This document shows, piece by piece, positions 44,901 through 57,830 of a stretch of DNA of 64,000 bases (its first letter is position 1; every line of letters starts with the position of its first letter). A program made the position numbers and the translations under genes. The notes under the pieces are model-generated. The model was not told the origin of the DNA, did not search any database, and saw only the letters and a program-made list of their open reading frames with translations. This DNA comes from Saccostrea echinata. Its lineage: Eukaryota. The stretch lies in contig NW_026889783.1 in NCBI RefSeq assembly GCF_033153115.1, positions 1,550,001 through 1,614,000 on the forward strand. The letters run 5' to 3'.

Positions 44901-47900
44901 AACCAACTTGTGTAAAATTAATATAAGAGTCACATGATCTCTGCTATATCTATGTTTTACAGTAAAAACACTAGATAACTCACATCCATTACATTCTTAA
45001 CAACATATACTGTAGAAGCACTCGTGGGGATAAAATTTTGTTGAATTGTCATCTATAAAGATTTCAAGGGCATTAAATTCCATTGTTTTGAAAGTAATTC
45101 TATTCAATATATAATCACAACTTTCATAACATTACATTCTGTATCAACATATATGACACACATTACATTCTGTAACAACACAAATTACATTCTATACCAA
45201 CATACAGTACATTCTGTCACAAAATACATTACATTCAGTGTAACAACACAAGTTACTTCTGTCACAGCAAACAAACATTACATGCTTAATCAACATATAT
45301 TTCATTATGTAACAAATACACATTACATTTGTCATAATGGACATTAGATTATATAACAATATACATTAAATTCTGTATCAACACAATAACTTTCTGCAAG
45401 AACATACAGTACTTTCTGTAACAATATGCATTACATTGTCACAAGAAAACATAATATTCTGTAACAAACATTCCACTATGTATCCACTTACATTACATTC
45501 TGAAACAACATGCACTACATTCTTTTTTCATTTTGTAACAACAGGTATTACATTCCATTCAGTAACAGTATGCAATACATTCTGTAATCACAGTTTAAGG
45601 GAATGTTTTAATGTTTACAGTGATGCAATACATTCTGTAATGACAGTTTATGGGTATGTTTAATGTTTACAGTGAAGGACGGTAAGTTATAAATGGTTTC
45701 TTTCCCAATAGAAGTGGCTTTTCATCTGGTCTAGGTACTCTGGCTTAAGTTTCCATGGCTCTTTGAAATGGCTGATGGGTGTCTCTGGCTGTTAGCTTTT
45801 CTTCATTTTAGATTATTTGTCAATAAAGTCTCACATTTTCATAAAAGTCATGTGGAAACTGAATAAAGCTAGGGATATGCCAAACATTCAATGCTTACAT
45901 GCTGGTCTTGGAGGACCCCCCCCCCCCCCCCCCACACACACACAAAATGCTTTATTTCCTCTTCCCTTGATGTCATCTTACCATCACCCTTTGATCAATT
46001 TTGTTTTTAGTTTTCCTGAACCAGGGGTTCAAGTGATTTTTTTTCAGAATAAAGTTTTTTTATGTTTTTATATAATAATATACCTAGTTTTGGGGGATCT
46101 GTTAGAGTTAATAAGATTAGGACACCTGAATAATGAGGATATTTCTACAAAAATTACTCCATGTTTCAATTAACTTATCTTTCCTCACAACAATTTTAAC
46201 TTTTATTTACAGTTTTGTGGAATCTTCTTTATGTAATGTACATGATTGTTCAAATTATCTCCATAGGATGTGGACACAATTAGTTTTGCATTTGAAAATT
46301 TTGTAAAATATTTTTATACAGTTTTTTTTAACAACAGGGTATGATATAGTCAAATTTAATGAATAAACTCTCAGTAAGTTTTTTTCTGGAGAAGAAGATT
46401 TATTAATTTTCCTGAAATTCAAGCCTATTACTTGTAAATTTAATTCATGTATGCAATCATTAATATATGTCACCAAAAGAGAGGGTATCAATACTTTCCT
46501 CTGGCAGAGTGAGAACAATGTGCTCAGGTAAGCACTGTGGCTCATGGGTATCATATTTCATTCAAGGAAAATTAGTTGCAGTATTTATTTTTTTTAAGCT
46601 AGAAATGTTTTGCTTGTTGGGATTGAGGAATCATATCATACCCAGTTTACATATGAATGTTACCATACTCTGATGTCAGGTGTAAATGTTAATATACTCT
46701 GATGTCAGACGTAAATGTTAATATACTCTGATGTCAGGTGTAAATGTTAACATACACTGATGTCAGGTGTAAATATTACCAAACTCTGATATCAGGTGTA
46801 AATGTTACCGTACTCTGATGTCAGATGTAAATATTACCATACTCTGATGTCAGGTGTAAATGTTAATATACTCTGATGTCAGGGTAAATATTACCATACT
46901 CTGATGTCAGGTGTAAATGTTACCATACTCTGATGTCAGGTGTAAATGTTACCATACTCTCACATCAGGTGTAAATGTGAACATATTCTGATGTCAGGTG
47001 TAAATGTTAACATACTCTGATGTCAGGTGTAAATATTACAAAACTTTGATGTCAGGTGTAAATATTACCATACATTGATGTCAGGTGTAAATGTTACCAT
47101 ACTCTGATGTCAGTGTAAATATTACCATACATTGATGTCAGATGTAAATGTGAACATACTCTGATGTCAGGTGTAAATGTGAACATACTCTGATGTCAGA
47201 TGTAAATGTTAACATATTCTGATGTCAGGTGTAAATGAGGAGAACTTGCGGGAATATTTACAGTGCTGTGTTTATAATTTAGTAAAATTCAACATGATGA
47301 AAGATTTTAATAGAGATTGCCTCTCTAGCATGCTTAGATAACCCAGAGAACTATAAGTGCATACCTTTATCTACACTGCATCAGCTGCACGTGCAATAAC
47401 ATTCATTAATTTGATGTATTTTCTCAGGATAGAGCTCCATTTAGCAGGAGGGTTCAGAGATGATAAGGGAATGTCAGAGGAGCTGTCAATCAAACTTTTG
47501 AGTAAGTCTTATGATTAATTACATGTATTAGTATATAAAACTTCCTGCATACATTTCTACACATTGATTTATTTGCTATCCAGAAATAATGAGAATTTCA
47601 GTGAATTTTAAATCTATGATACATGGCAAAAGAAGATGTAAAGATTTCAGATACCTTGAGTTATTTTCATTTTGTATTATTGGAACAAAGAACAAAGTTC
47701 ACTGAAGTCCTTATTTCTGAAAAACGAAAACGGTTTAATTTTACTGGCCAGTGCTTTAAATATCATTTAGACCCATGGTGACTACATATGTATTGAAAGC
47801 AACATAATTTTCTTGTTGGTCAAAGTATCATAATGTCATTAATTGTGTCACTAATAACATTTCCTAACAATTTCTATCAAAACAGCCTATATTCAGGGAT

Positions 47901-49004
47901 GTGCTTATATTTTAATTCTTTGTTAAATTTACTAAAATACACAAGTTTTCTGTAAAATTCAAGAACATGGAAATTTTACACAAAGCCTGTTTTCCAATAA
48001 GGCACTTTCTTACGGGTAATGAAAGCATTAAGTCTCTGCTTTATAGTAAAGTTTGACATAGAACATCAGGTGACAATTAATTAACTAGTCAGGGTCATTA
48101 TGCATAAACTGCCAACCTACATGTAGCGCCTTAGCCAATTTTTGACCAGGAAAGCTTAGGTATTGGTAAGAATACGTAATCAGTCTGTCTCAAATAAATA
48201 CAAATAAAGAATACAGACACACAGTTGTATATTTTAAGTTTTAATTTGAAAATCCATGTATAACTCTTCAATTTATTTTAAATGCAAACCAAAACTTCTT
48301 TATTAAAATCCTGAACTTCTGTTTGTAGAAAGTTTTGATTTATTAAAAAATGAAATTAACAATTTACAGAACTATAAATAAATGTTAATGATGTATCATT
48401 GTGGCAAAAATTGAAGCAACCATTTCTCTTATTTTCAGCTGCATTTAATAATTTACCAGAAGAAATCCATTTACAGACAGCCTGTATAACAGGTAAATGG
48501 GATACCACTATGCTGAGTATGTTAGAGTACTTTAGAGGAAGCTGGTTATATTTCTTCATTTCATGACTGAAATTGTTTATTTGTATCCCTACTATATAAA
48601 TATACATCATTATATAAAAAATATTGCAATTTGTGTCAAGTATTTGATTTTCTTATTTTTTTATGCCCCCGGATCGAAAGATCCCGGGGGTATATTGTTT
48701 TTGTCCTGTCTATCTGTTTGTCTGTTTGTCTGTTGTCAACTTTAACCTTGTCCATAACTTTTGATTGGTTGGAGCTATGACTTTCATATTTCACATGTGC
48801 ATTCCTTGTGACAAGACCTTTCTTTGGGTACCATCATATTTGACCTTTTGACCTTGACCTTGGAGTTTGACCCACTTTTGCAAAATTTTATGAGACATTA
48901 ACCTTGGCCATAACTTCTGAACAGTTGGTGCTTGGGGTTTCAAACTTCACATGTGTTTTTTTTGTGACAAGGCCTTCCTTTGGATACCAACAACTTTGAC
49001 CTTT

Positions 49005-49035
<31 letters not shown>

Positions 49036-52000
49036 GAAAAACTTTAACCTTGGCCGTAACTTTTGAACAGTTGGTGCTTGGGGTTTCAAATTTCACATGT
49101 GTATTCCTTCTCACAAGACCTTCCTCTGGATATCAACCTCTTTGACCCTTTGACCTTGACCTAGGAGTTTGACCTACTTTTGAAAAACTTTAACCTAGGT
49201 CATAACTTTTGAATGGTTGATGCTAGGGCTTTCATACTTCACATATGTAATCCTTGTGACATCTCCTTCCTTTGAATACCAACCACTTTGACCCTTTGAC
49301 CTTGACATAGGAGTTTGACCTACTTTCGAAAAACTTTAACCTTGGCCATATTTCTTGAATGATTGGTGCTAGGGCTTTCGTACTTCACATATGTAATCCT
49401 CGTGACAGGACCTTCCTTTGGATACCAACCACTTTGACCCTTTGACCTTGACATAGGAGTTTGACCAACTTTCGAAAAACTTTAACCTTGGCCATAACTT
49501 TTGAATGGTTGGTGCTAGGACTTTCATACTTTACGTATGTAATCCTTGTGACAAGACCTTCCTTTGGATACCAACAACTTTGACCTTGACCTTGATGTTT
49601 TGCTTACTTTTAAAAAACTTTAACCTTCGCCATAACTTTTGAACAGTTGCAGCTAGGGCTTTCAAATTAAACATTTTTTATCTTTTGGCCTGGATTTTGA
49701 CTTGCATTTGAGAAACTTTAACCTTCGCCGTAAGCTGCTAACAGGGGCATCAGTGTTTCACAAACACATATTGTTTTTTTTTTGTCATTCTATTTTGATG
49801 TCGCAATCGAAACTTTAACTCTGTTTAAATGCATCAAGCATTAGTGCATTAACCACTAGAAAGATGGAACAGTTACGTCAGAATCTAAAAATGTTTATGT
49901 TGACTCAGGTTCAATAAACTATACCTTTTATACTCAGTGAGAATTTCTGGTATAGTAAGCTTTATTGTACTGATGCATACACATATTCATAAAATATTTA
50001 TATTACAGATATAAATAATACAAAGAAGAATGCTACTAATTTCCCTGTTATTTATGGTCTAGGTTAGTACTTGATTACAATGCAATAACATTTTAAAGTA
50101 AAACAGATTACAAACATTTCACTATCACTTTATTAAATAAAATCTAAATTATGATCATAAACTATATACCATACAACCACTTTCTAAAAAAAAGAGAACA
50201 TAGAGAGTGGATTTTCCTTGTAGAATTAAGGTAAGTAGGAATTATTAAATTTGCTTCATTTCTTGGTTTTATTTAGTGATACACCTGAACAGTGGAGAAA
50301 TCCAGAAAGCCACGTTTTTAGATAGGGGACCAGATCAACCAATCAGATCAGCTCGTCATTTCACAGGAAGTGAAGAGGTCAGATTATAGTTTTGATAAAG
50401 AGGTTTACAACATGCAATTTCAAATATTGGTAGATGAAATAAAGTCAGTAGTTGAAAAAAAATCCGTAATGTATTATAAGTGAAAGATAAGTTTAGTTCA
50501 CCTGAGCCAAAGAATTTTTATCAAAGATTGCTGGCATTGAATTCTTCTCTAAAACCACTGACTCATTTCCAAGCAAACTTGGTACAAAGGAGTGAGGTGG
50601 GTTTTTTTTTTTTTGGGGGGGGGGGGGAGGGAGTAATATATAAGATGAAGTCCATACCACTTTCAAGAAGAGATGACAAATAAGGATTGAAAATAGCATT
50701 GGGTTATTTAAAAATCTTCTTTATACATATTCTGTTTTGCAAATTTTGCAATGTGTCTCAGTCGAGTTATACATGTATGTGGCCTATAGGCTTCTTGTTT
50801 TATGGTACAGTATTTCGTCCAGACATTATTTCTCAATGTTATATGTTTCAGATTATCAACATTTATGACCACAAAAAAGGTCTTTTGTCCATTGGTCCAT
50901 TTAACTACAGTACTATGGATGAGATTGACCTTCTGTGTCGACTTCCAGATCAGTTCATACGAGAGGTTTGTATTTTAATCATTTTGAAAATGTATAATAT
51001 GTACTTCAACTGTTCAAGAAACACTTTTGCTACTTGAACTTTACCAATCACATTTATTCTACTTAAAACAAACTGTTCCAAGCACAGTTGTGTAACTTGA
51101 ACTGTTCCAAAAAATTTTTCTTTACTTGAACTGTTCCACATCAAACTTTTAGTACTCGAATTGTTCCAAGCAGACTTTTGCTACATAAACTGCTTCAATC
51201 ACACTTTTGCTTCTTAAACTGCTGCAATCACACTTTCGCTACTTGAACTATTCCAATCACACTTTTGCAGTGTGAACTATTCCAATCACACTTTTGCTAT
51301 GTGAACTATTTCAATCACACTTTTGCTAATGGAACTGTTCCAATCACACTTTTACTTTGTGAACTATTCCAATCACACTTTTGCTATGTGAACTATTCCA
51401 ATCACACTTTTGCAATGTGAACTATTTTAATCACACTTTTGCTATGTGAACTATTTCAATCACACTTTTGCTATGTGAACTGTTCCAATTACACTTTTGC
51501 TATGTGAACTGTTCCAATCACACTTTTGCTCTGTGTACTATTTCAATCACACTTTTGCTTTGTGAGCTGTTCCAATCATACTTCTGCTTTGTGAACTATT
51601 CCAATCACACTTTTGCTATGTGAACTATTCCAATCACACTTTTGCTATGTGAACTATTCCAATCACATTTTTGCTATGTGAACTATTTCAGTCACACTTT
51701 TGCTAATGGAATTGTTCCAATCGCACTTTTGCTACTGGAACTATTCCAATCACACTTTTGCTATGTGAACTATTCCAATCACACTTTTGCTATGTGAACT
51801 ATTCCAATCACACTTTTGCTATGTGAACTGTTTCAATCACATTTTTGCTATGTGAACTATTTCAGTCACACTTTCGCTAATGGAATTGTTCCAATCACAC
51901 TTTTGCTACTGGAACTATTCCAATCACACTTTTGCTATGTGAACTATTTCAATCACACTTTTGCTATGTGAACTATTCCAATCATACTTTTGCTATGTGA

Positions 52001-54745
52001 ACTATTCCAATGACACTTTTGCAACTGGAACTATTCCAATGACACTTTTGCTACTGGAACTATTCCAATCACACTTTTGCTACTGGAACTATTCCAATCA
52101 CACTTTTGCTACTGGAACTATTCCAATCACACTTTGTTACTGCATGTACTGGAACTGTTCCAATCACACTTTTGCTACCAGAACTGTCCCACACTTTAGC
52201 TACTTGAACTGTATTATTGCTATTTTAACTGTTTTAAACACATTATTGCTACTTGAGAAGTTCTTACTACAGTATTGGTGCTTGATTCCATTTAAGCTGT
52301 TGTTTGTTTAAGCTACTTTAACTGTTCTAATCACAATATTGCTTCTTCTTTGACACATTGTTATCACACTCTTGTACCTCTCTGCACTAGAACTGCTGAG
52401 GTCACAATATTATAACCTAATTTGAAGATATCTGCTTCACTTGAATTGTTCTAATACCAATAAATACTTCTTTACTTGAACTTTTCTGACCCCAGTATTG
52501 TTACTTTACTTGAACATGCTTTTTTGCAATTTTTGCATGTAGTGTCCTACAATAACACATAAGATTGTCAAAAATTCACTTGTATTATTTGTACTTTTTG
52601 CAGCTTTATCCAATGCCTTTTAATATTACAAATCAAATTCCTAGAATTTACCATTTCCAAGACTACTAGTTTATAATGTGCATTCTGTATAACCAAGATG
52701 AGCAATCTTGTGAAAAATCTGACCATGTATCCCAATTTTACAGATTATAAAGGGAAATAGAAACTATTCTCAAAAAAGTTACTGAATGATGAGCCATTTT
52801 TTTACCCATTAAAATGAAAATTCTTTCACCACATTTGACTCTATATTTTGTTTTTAGTCTGTCAAGTATTTGGCTTACACTTTACTAGGAATCCTGTCAT
52901 TTTGACATAAAATTACATGTACTGTAAACTTGGAAATGTATGAGATGGGGAAATTTTTGCAAATTTTGCGATAAGTTAAAAATTTTAAAAATTCAAAAAA
53001 TTTTGAAAAGTTTGGTAATAAACTACAAACAGCACATTTTGTGAATACTTTAACTTTCACAGTCATAGCCCCCCTCCCCAATACAAAAGCTTCGTTACAT
53101 GGAGATCGCAGAAATTCCCCCTTAAAAATATCCACGTTTACAGTACTAGCAGTATTCATATTTTTCAATGAAATTCAGTTATAAAGTTTTTCGTTGAAAT
53201 TGTGGGAAGTATGGAATCCAGATAGGATCCCGTAGTTCACTATCGCACATCGACTCCTGGCGCGATGACACGATGGTGTGGTGACGATCCCGCGATGACA
53301 ATGACGGGACATGCGATAGCGTGATGTCGATGATACTTTGGCGCTATAATGTAATAACAGTGGGTCTATAGAGTATAGAGCGATAGCAAAAATCGCTTCA
53401 TCGTCATCGTGTCATCTCCATCGCGTCATCGGCATCGTATCGTAGCGTCGTGTGCTATCGCTCCATTGTATCGTCGTCATTGAATTTTCGCTTCATCGTC
53501 ATCGCATCATTGCGTCGTCATCATCGCTTTATCGCATCATCAACCCAAACTTCGATGGCACGCTGATGCGATAGTGAACTACATGGCCATATCCGAATTC
53601 TTTAGGGGAGAGTGTTATCTAGAAACTAAAGCATGACAGATGATCTGAATCACCGTCAGGAATTCTCACTGATAGAATTTCTCACTGATAGGAATATCCA
53701 GAATATTATTTCATACCTCTGTTGGGGACAAAAATATGAATAGCTGTTATTCTAAAATCGCTCAACCGTACGAGAATTGGACATAAACGATTTGCAAGAT
53801 AAAATGTAAATGAAGGGTATTTATTCCATTCTGCAATGAATCAACAGTGGGATAAATTCCTATCCGCTTGGGAACATTTCAAAAGTACACGAAGGATAAA
53901 ACATGCCGAATTCTGCACAGAAGACCACCAACTAAGAATTTGAGCAAACTTTCATCAAAGCACTTAGACTCTAATGAACACGAATTGTTAAATACAAGAG
54001 CGTCAGAGACAGGAAGCAGTTCTCATCTGTCCCTCAGTTTTAAAGGTCCAAGAAATCGTAAAAATAGAGATTTCAGTGAAATGCATTTTGCAACACGTTT
54101 GAAATAAAAGACATTGAAGTATATCTTATTTGATTAAATTTCCATTGTGTCGGCGTTACACTAAATATACATTTGAAAATTTTTCACATCTTTTACAAGT
54201 TTCTTTTTTTTTTATTAGATCAATCACCGTGTTTGTTTTTGACTTACATGTAATATAATGAACGGGCTCCGAGACCATGAAACTCGGATGAACTCACTTT
54301 TGATCTCAGTGTCACTTTTCACAATTAAAATGAGGCTAAGATTAAATATGTGCTTGTCTTAAGTTTTTTGGGCTCCGGAACCAGGTCTTCATGCTGGATT
54401 CTAACCCTAAATATTAACAACTGTACATTGACATTTTTCAAAATTTTCTTTTCAACTACCATAAATATTCATTGTCATTATTTCTGGAACTTTAATAATG
54501 CAGTTTGCTACTTTAAGACATGTGAGGATGTTATTTGTTACAAGATAAAACACTTCCCTGATTAATTTTTCTAGCATCTCTCCACGTCCCCTGAACAGGA
54601 GCCAGCACACTTTGAGGAGGCAGTCAGAGCAGCATTGGTTCAGATTAGGGATCACCCAGAACCCCTTAAAACAGTGTTCAAAGATGGCCGACCTCGTCAG
54701 TACAAGCTGGAATCCAACGGGTCCTGGACGAACAGAAACGTGTAA
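38983..54745 (+). CDS. NTAN1: Protein N-terminal asparagine amidohydrolase (N-degron pathway), 309 aa, 10 coding exons
   Basis: Exons 38983-39066, 41772-41874, 42384-42449, 42900-43008, 47428-47501, 48439-48492, 50009-50062, 50277-50377, 50852-50965, 54575-54745. All are GT-AG with matching phases (930 nt). The motifs MPLMVEG, GLLYVGQRE, GTEDATTCHIAILRHTG, CLCHFD, GRIELHLAGGF.DD, FPVIYG, FLDRGPD and LSTSPEQEP.HF match recalled human NTAN1. Confidence 0.96.
42418..42715 (+). repeat. 56-bp tandem repeat spanning the NTAN1 exon 3 / intron 3 boundary (4 copies plus 1 degenerate)
   Basis: ACTTGT(C/A)ACATCGCTATTCTC...CATACAGGTAC recurs, with TTGT at 42421, 42477, 42533, 42589 and 42667. Confidence 0.95.
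43461..44758 (+). mobile_element. HINE-like element with a 146-bp satellite array in NTAN1 intron 4
   Basis: TTTTTATGCCCC head with a GGATC..GATCC hairpin, a (GTCT/GTTT) microsatellite, monomers of period 146 (43876/44022/44168/44314/44460), and tail GGGGCATCAGTGTTTCACAAACACATCTTGTT. Confidence 0.88.
45120..45680. repeat. Degenerate ACATTACATTCTGTAAC-type tandem repeat
   Basis: Recurrent TACATTCTGT motif with an irregular period. Confidence 0.6.
46655..47236. repeat. 29-bp minisatellite (ATACTCTGATGTCAGGTGTAAATGTTACC), ~20 copies
   Basis: Period 29 (46665, 46694, ...). Confidence 0.95.
48656..49774 (+). mobile_element. HINE-like element, a close sibling of 43461-44758, in NTAN1 intron 6
   Basis: Same head, tail and monomer order, with one fewer 146-bp monomer and a shorter microsatellite. 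Confidence 0.88.
51000..52210. repeat. 29-bp minisatellite (GTGAACTATTCCAATCACACTTTTGCTAT), ~35-40 copies with degenerate edges
   Basis: Period 29 (51601, 51630, ...). Confidence 0.95.
53210..53604. mobile_element. Palindromic CpG-rich MITE (CGATG/CATCG internal repeats)
   Basis: TIRs GTAGTTCACTATCGCA / TGCGATAGTGAACTAC. Confidence 0.7.
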
Positions 54746-55010
54746 AATATTTAGAACTGAGTTCAAACGGAAAAAATTGAAATGTAGTTTGAACGCTTAA
54801 CTGACTAGACTGTGATACCTGATTATTTTTATACATCAATCAAGTTATGTATTAGTTGTTTTTAGTACTGATTTTCATTTGTTAATTTATTGAGAAATCA
54901 CTCCTCTGTCTTGTTGTTGGGTTAGTTAGCACTGGACTGGAAACTTCGATTTAGATGTCGTTTTCTGGCTAATTACTAGTTTACACTTGCCATTTTTCTA
55001 TTGTAGAAAT

Positions 55011-55970
55011 CACAGGTACTTGTGGACACAGGACCCCCCCCCCCCCCCCCCAGCAATTCAACCCCGATGTTTGTTGGACATTTTTTTCACAAATTATATT
55101 TATTACACTTATTCATCATGTGTACCATAGGAAAAAATCGTGAAACCCCCAAAATAATCGTTCCACACAAAAATACCCCACTATACATTATAAGAGAGAA
55201 AGGTATGCCACTCCGGTTTGTTTACGTTGTACCCCCACTGGTCTTTCTGGGTTTAAAAACATGTATCTATTTTATTTCAACCTAAAATGTCGGTTCACAC
55301 TGTCTCTACATATATTTCTGTCTTAGTTCATGCTATCGGATTGACTCTGCATCTCGTAAGAATCCCACAATTAATCCTTAAACAGCATTGTAGTCAGTGC
55401 GTTGAAAATTCCTTAGGTAAACGCAACGGAAGTGCATGGAGAATATATTACGTATTATGATAAAACCCGAGAGAGATTATTACGTCAAAGCCAAAACTCT
55501 CTCGGACGTTATCGTAATAAGTGATACATTCTTGGTGTACTTCCGTTGCGTTTACCTAAGGAATTTTCAACGCACTGGCTTCAATGCTGTTTAAGGATTA
55601 ATTGTGGGATTCTTACGAGATGCAGAGTCAATCCGATAGCATGAGCTAAGACTGAAATATATGTAGAGACAGTGTGAACCGACATTTTAAGTTAAAATAG
55701 AATAAATACATGTTTTTAAACCCAGAAAGACCAGTGGGGGTACAACGTAAACAAACCGGAGTGGCATACCTTTCTCTCTTATAATGTATAGTGGGGTATT
55801 TTTGTGTGGAACGATTATTTTGGGGTTTTCACGATTTTTTCCTATGGTATACATGATGAATAAGTGTAATAAATATAATTTGTGAAAAGAAAGTCCAACA
55901 AACCTCGGGGTTGAATTGCGGCGGGGGGGGGGGGGGGGGGGGGGGGTTGTCCTGTCCACAAGTACCTGTG
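55011..55970. mobile_element. Fold-back DNA element, 960 bp, with an 8-bp TSD (P- or hAT-like ends)
   Basis: Termini CACAGGTACTTGTGGACA / TGTCCACAAGTACCTGTG. TSD GTAGAAAT at 55003-55010 and 55971-55978. Arms of ~465 bp are nearly perfectly complementary, which explains the mirror-image ORFs 55022+ and 55959-. Confidence 0.92.
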
Positions 55971-57830
55971 GTAGAAATATATGTATTATGTTACCATTGT
56001 CATTTCATGTATGTGATAAAATTAAAAGAAATCTGAATTCGGACTAATTGTATTGGAGACGATACAGCGGGTGATATTTGTACAGAGCTCGTGTAAAGAT
56101 TTCCATTGCGGGCATCACCTCCCAACATAGTAATACAGTCACACACAATCCGTGGTCAGAAAGAATTTTGGGTTGTTCATAATACATTAAGAACCGTCAG
56201 TGTTCTCTTTATTATGGGTAATTGTGTTTATCATCCCATTATTTTTTGGCGTAGATAAACACAATTCTTTAGACAACCTACTACCGAGTTATTTGTCAAA
56301 GGGTATTGGATCATAGCGTTACAGAGTAAGAATATTTTGTCTTTTTTTTCAGTCACCATTTTTGGTACTTCTAAGTTTATTTTTTGCACTTTCGAAGAGC
56401 GCCACTATAGATAATGCAAAGTGATATACCATGCAAACAATTTCACAAGCTATTGTAGAAAATATGGACGATCTTGTAAAATAGAGTTTTACATTTTTTC
56501 CCCTTTGTTTATACATCCTTTCCTCATTTTGTAGACATTTTAAAGCCAAATTATGTGTAATAAGAAATAGTAATGCCCACATGGGTTGATAAACTCATAA
56601 CCAGTTTATATAAATTATATATCTTGCTGTACACTGATGTAGACATTTACCTCATGTTTGTTTCAATAATCTGAAACCCCTGTCTTCCCATGATAAGGAA
56701 ATAGAAAACAAGACATCATTCCAACTATTTGTGTCGAATTCATTTGGTTGTGAAGGTGTAACCAGGACTTAATTGTTATAATTATTGACAATATTAACAT
56801 GTACGACTTCATTAACTATAGTGTTTGCCTCCCAGGAATCTTTGAGAAAATATTGTCTTACAAATAAAACTTGCATATCTATTATTAAAACTATAGTTGA
56901 AATTGGCTTACATTCACAGTGGAATATAATGATTATGTTACCTAAAAAGGTTAAAGATTATTTAATGCAAAACTCTGAATAGATCGTTGAATTTGGTGTG
57001 CAAGATGTGTAGCCATAACTAATTTAACAGAAGTAGTAAAATTCGGGGGGGGGGGGGGGGGATTAAGAGACCGACTTACTTATGTAGCCGAGCGCCAAAT
57101 TAACATAAACTTATATGATTGAAGATATTAAAATGCATTCTCTGTAAGCATCTCTCCGATTTTGATGAAATTTACACCACAGATGCACCTTGGATAGAAA
57201 CTACCAAATATGGTGTCAGAAATTTCACACGTGCACCCGGTTGCCATGGAGACTGATCCATTGAACTTGGCTAATTTTGGCCCTTTTTGACTAAATGAAA
57301 ACATGAAAATTGAGGAAATGTAAATAGTTTTTATATTTATGTTTTCAACTCAAACATAAGTCATTGTATCATAAGAAAACATCAACTTTTAAGGTAAAAT
57401 TATTTGAAGATATCCTCAATTCAATTATTGAGAGGATCAGTTGAATTGATGAGAGCAAATAGGCCTATAGATTTGATGTGCGTACGCAATTTCAATTGTT
57501 CAGCTCAACAAAGGTGGAATTATTGCTTGCAAAAATTAAATCGAGCCTTTGTAAAATTGACTCCTTGATCTCTTTTAATTTAGTTGATCTATTCAATTAT
57601 TGTTATCAGTAATTCATTATTAATTCATCGAAAAGAAGAAAAAATTATATTTAATTGCAGAATTAAGTCAAACTGCATTAGCTTCTCCGACATAAAATGG
57701 GGTGGGGGTTACATACATATACGAAAAGTATGGCACATAGTCCAATTTCTCAAAACAAAACGAAAAGTTTTGCATTTGATAAACTAAAGGGTTTTCGGTT
57801 GAAAACTATAATTAATGGAGTAAATTTTCA

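Noticed and set aside
46655-52210. 29-bp repeat arrays (46655-47236 and 51000-52210) superficially resembling CRISPR repeats
   Set aside because: The units are contiguous with no unique spacers, there are no cas genes, and the context is a eukaryotic intron. These are minisatellites.
54612-54800. ORF suggesting a longer NTAN1 C-terminus
   Set aside because: It is in a different frame. The spliced frame ends at TAA 54743-54745 and matches the expected NTAN1 length.
55022-55959. Pair of near-identical ORFs on opposite strands
   Set aside because: A consequence of the fold-back element's palindromic arms, with no recognisable protein.
57063-57420. Possible TTAA-flanked Kolobok-type end (TTAA|GAGACCGAC)
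   Set aside because: No matching opposite terminus was found.
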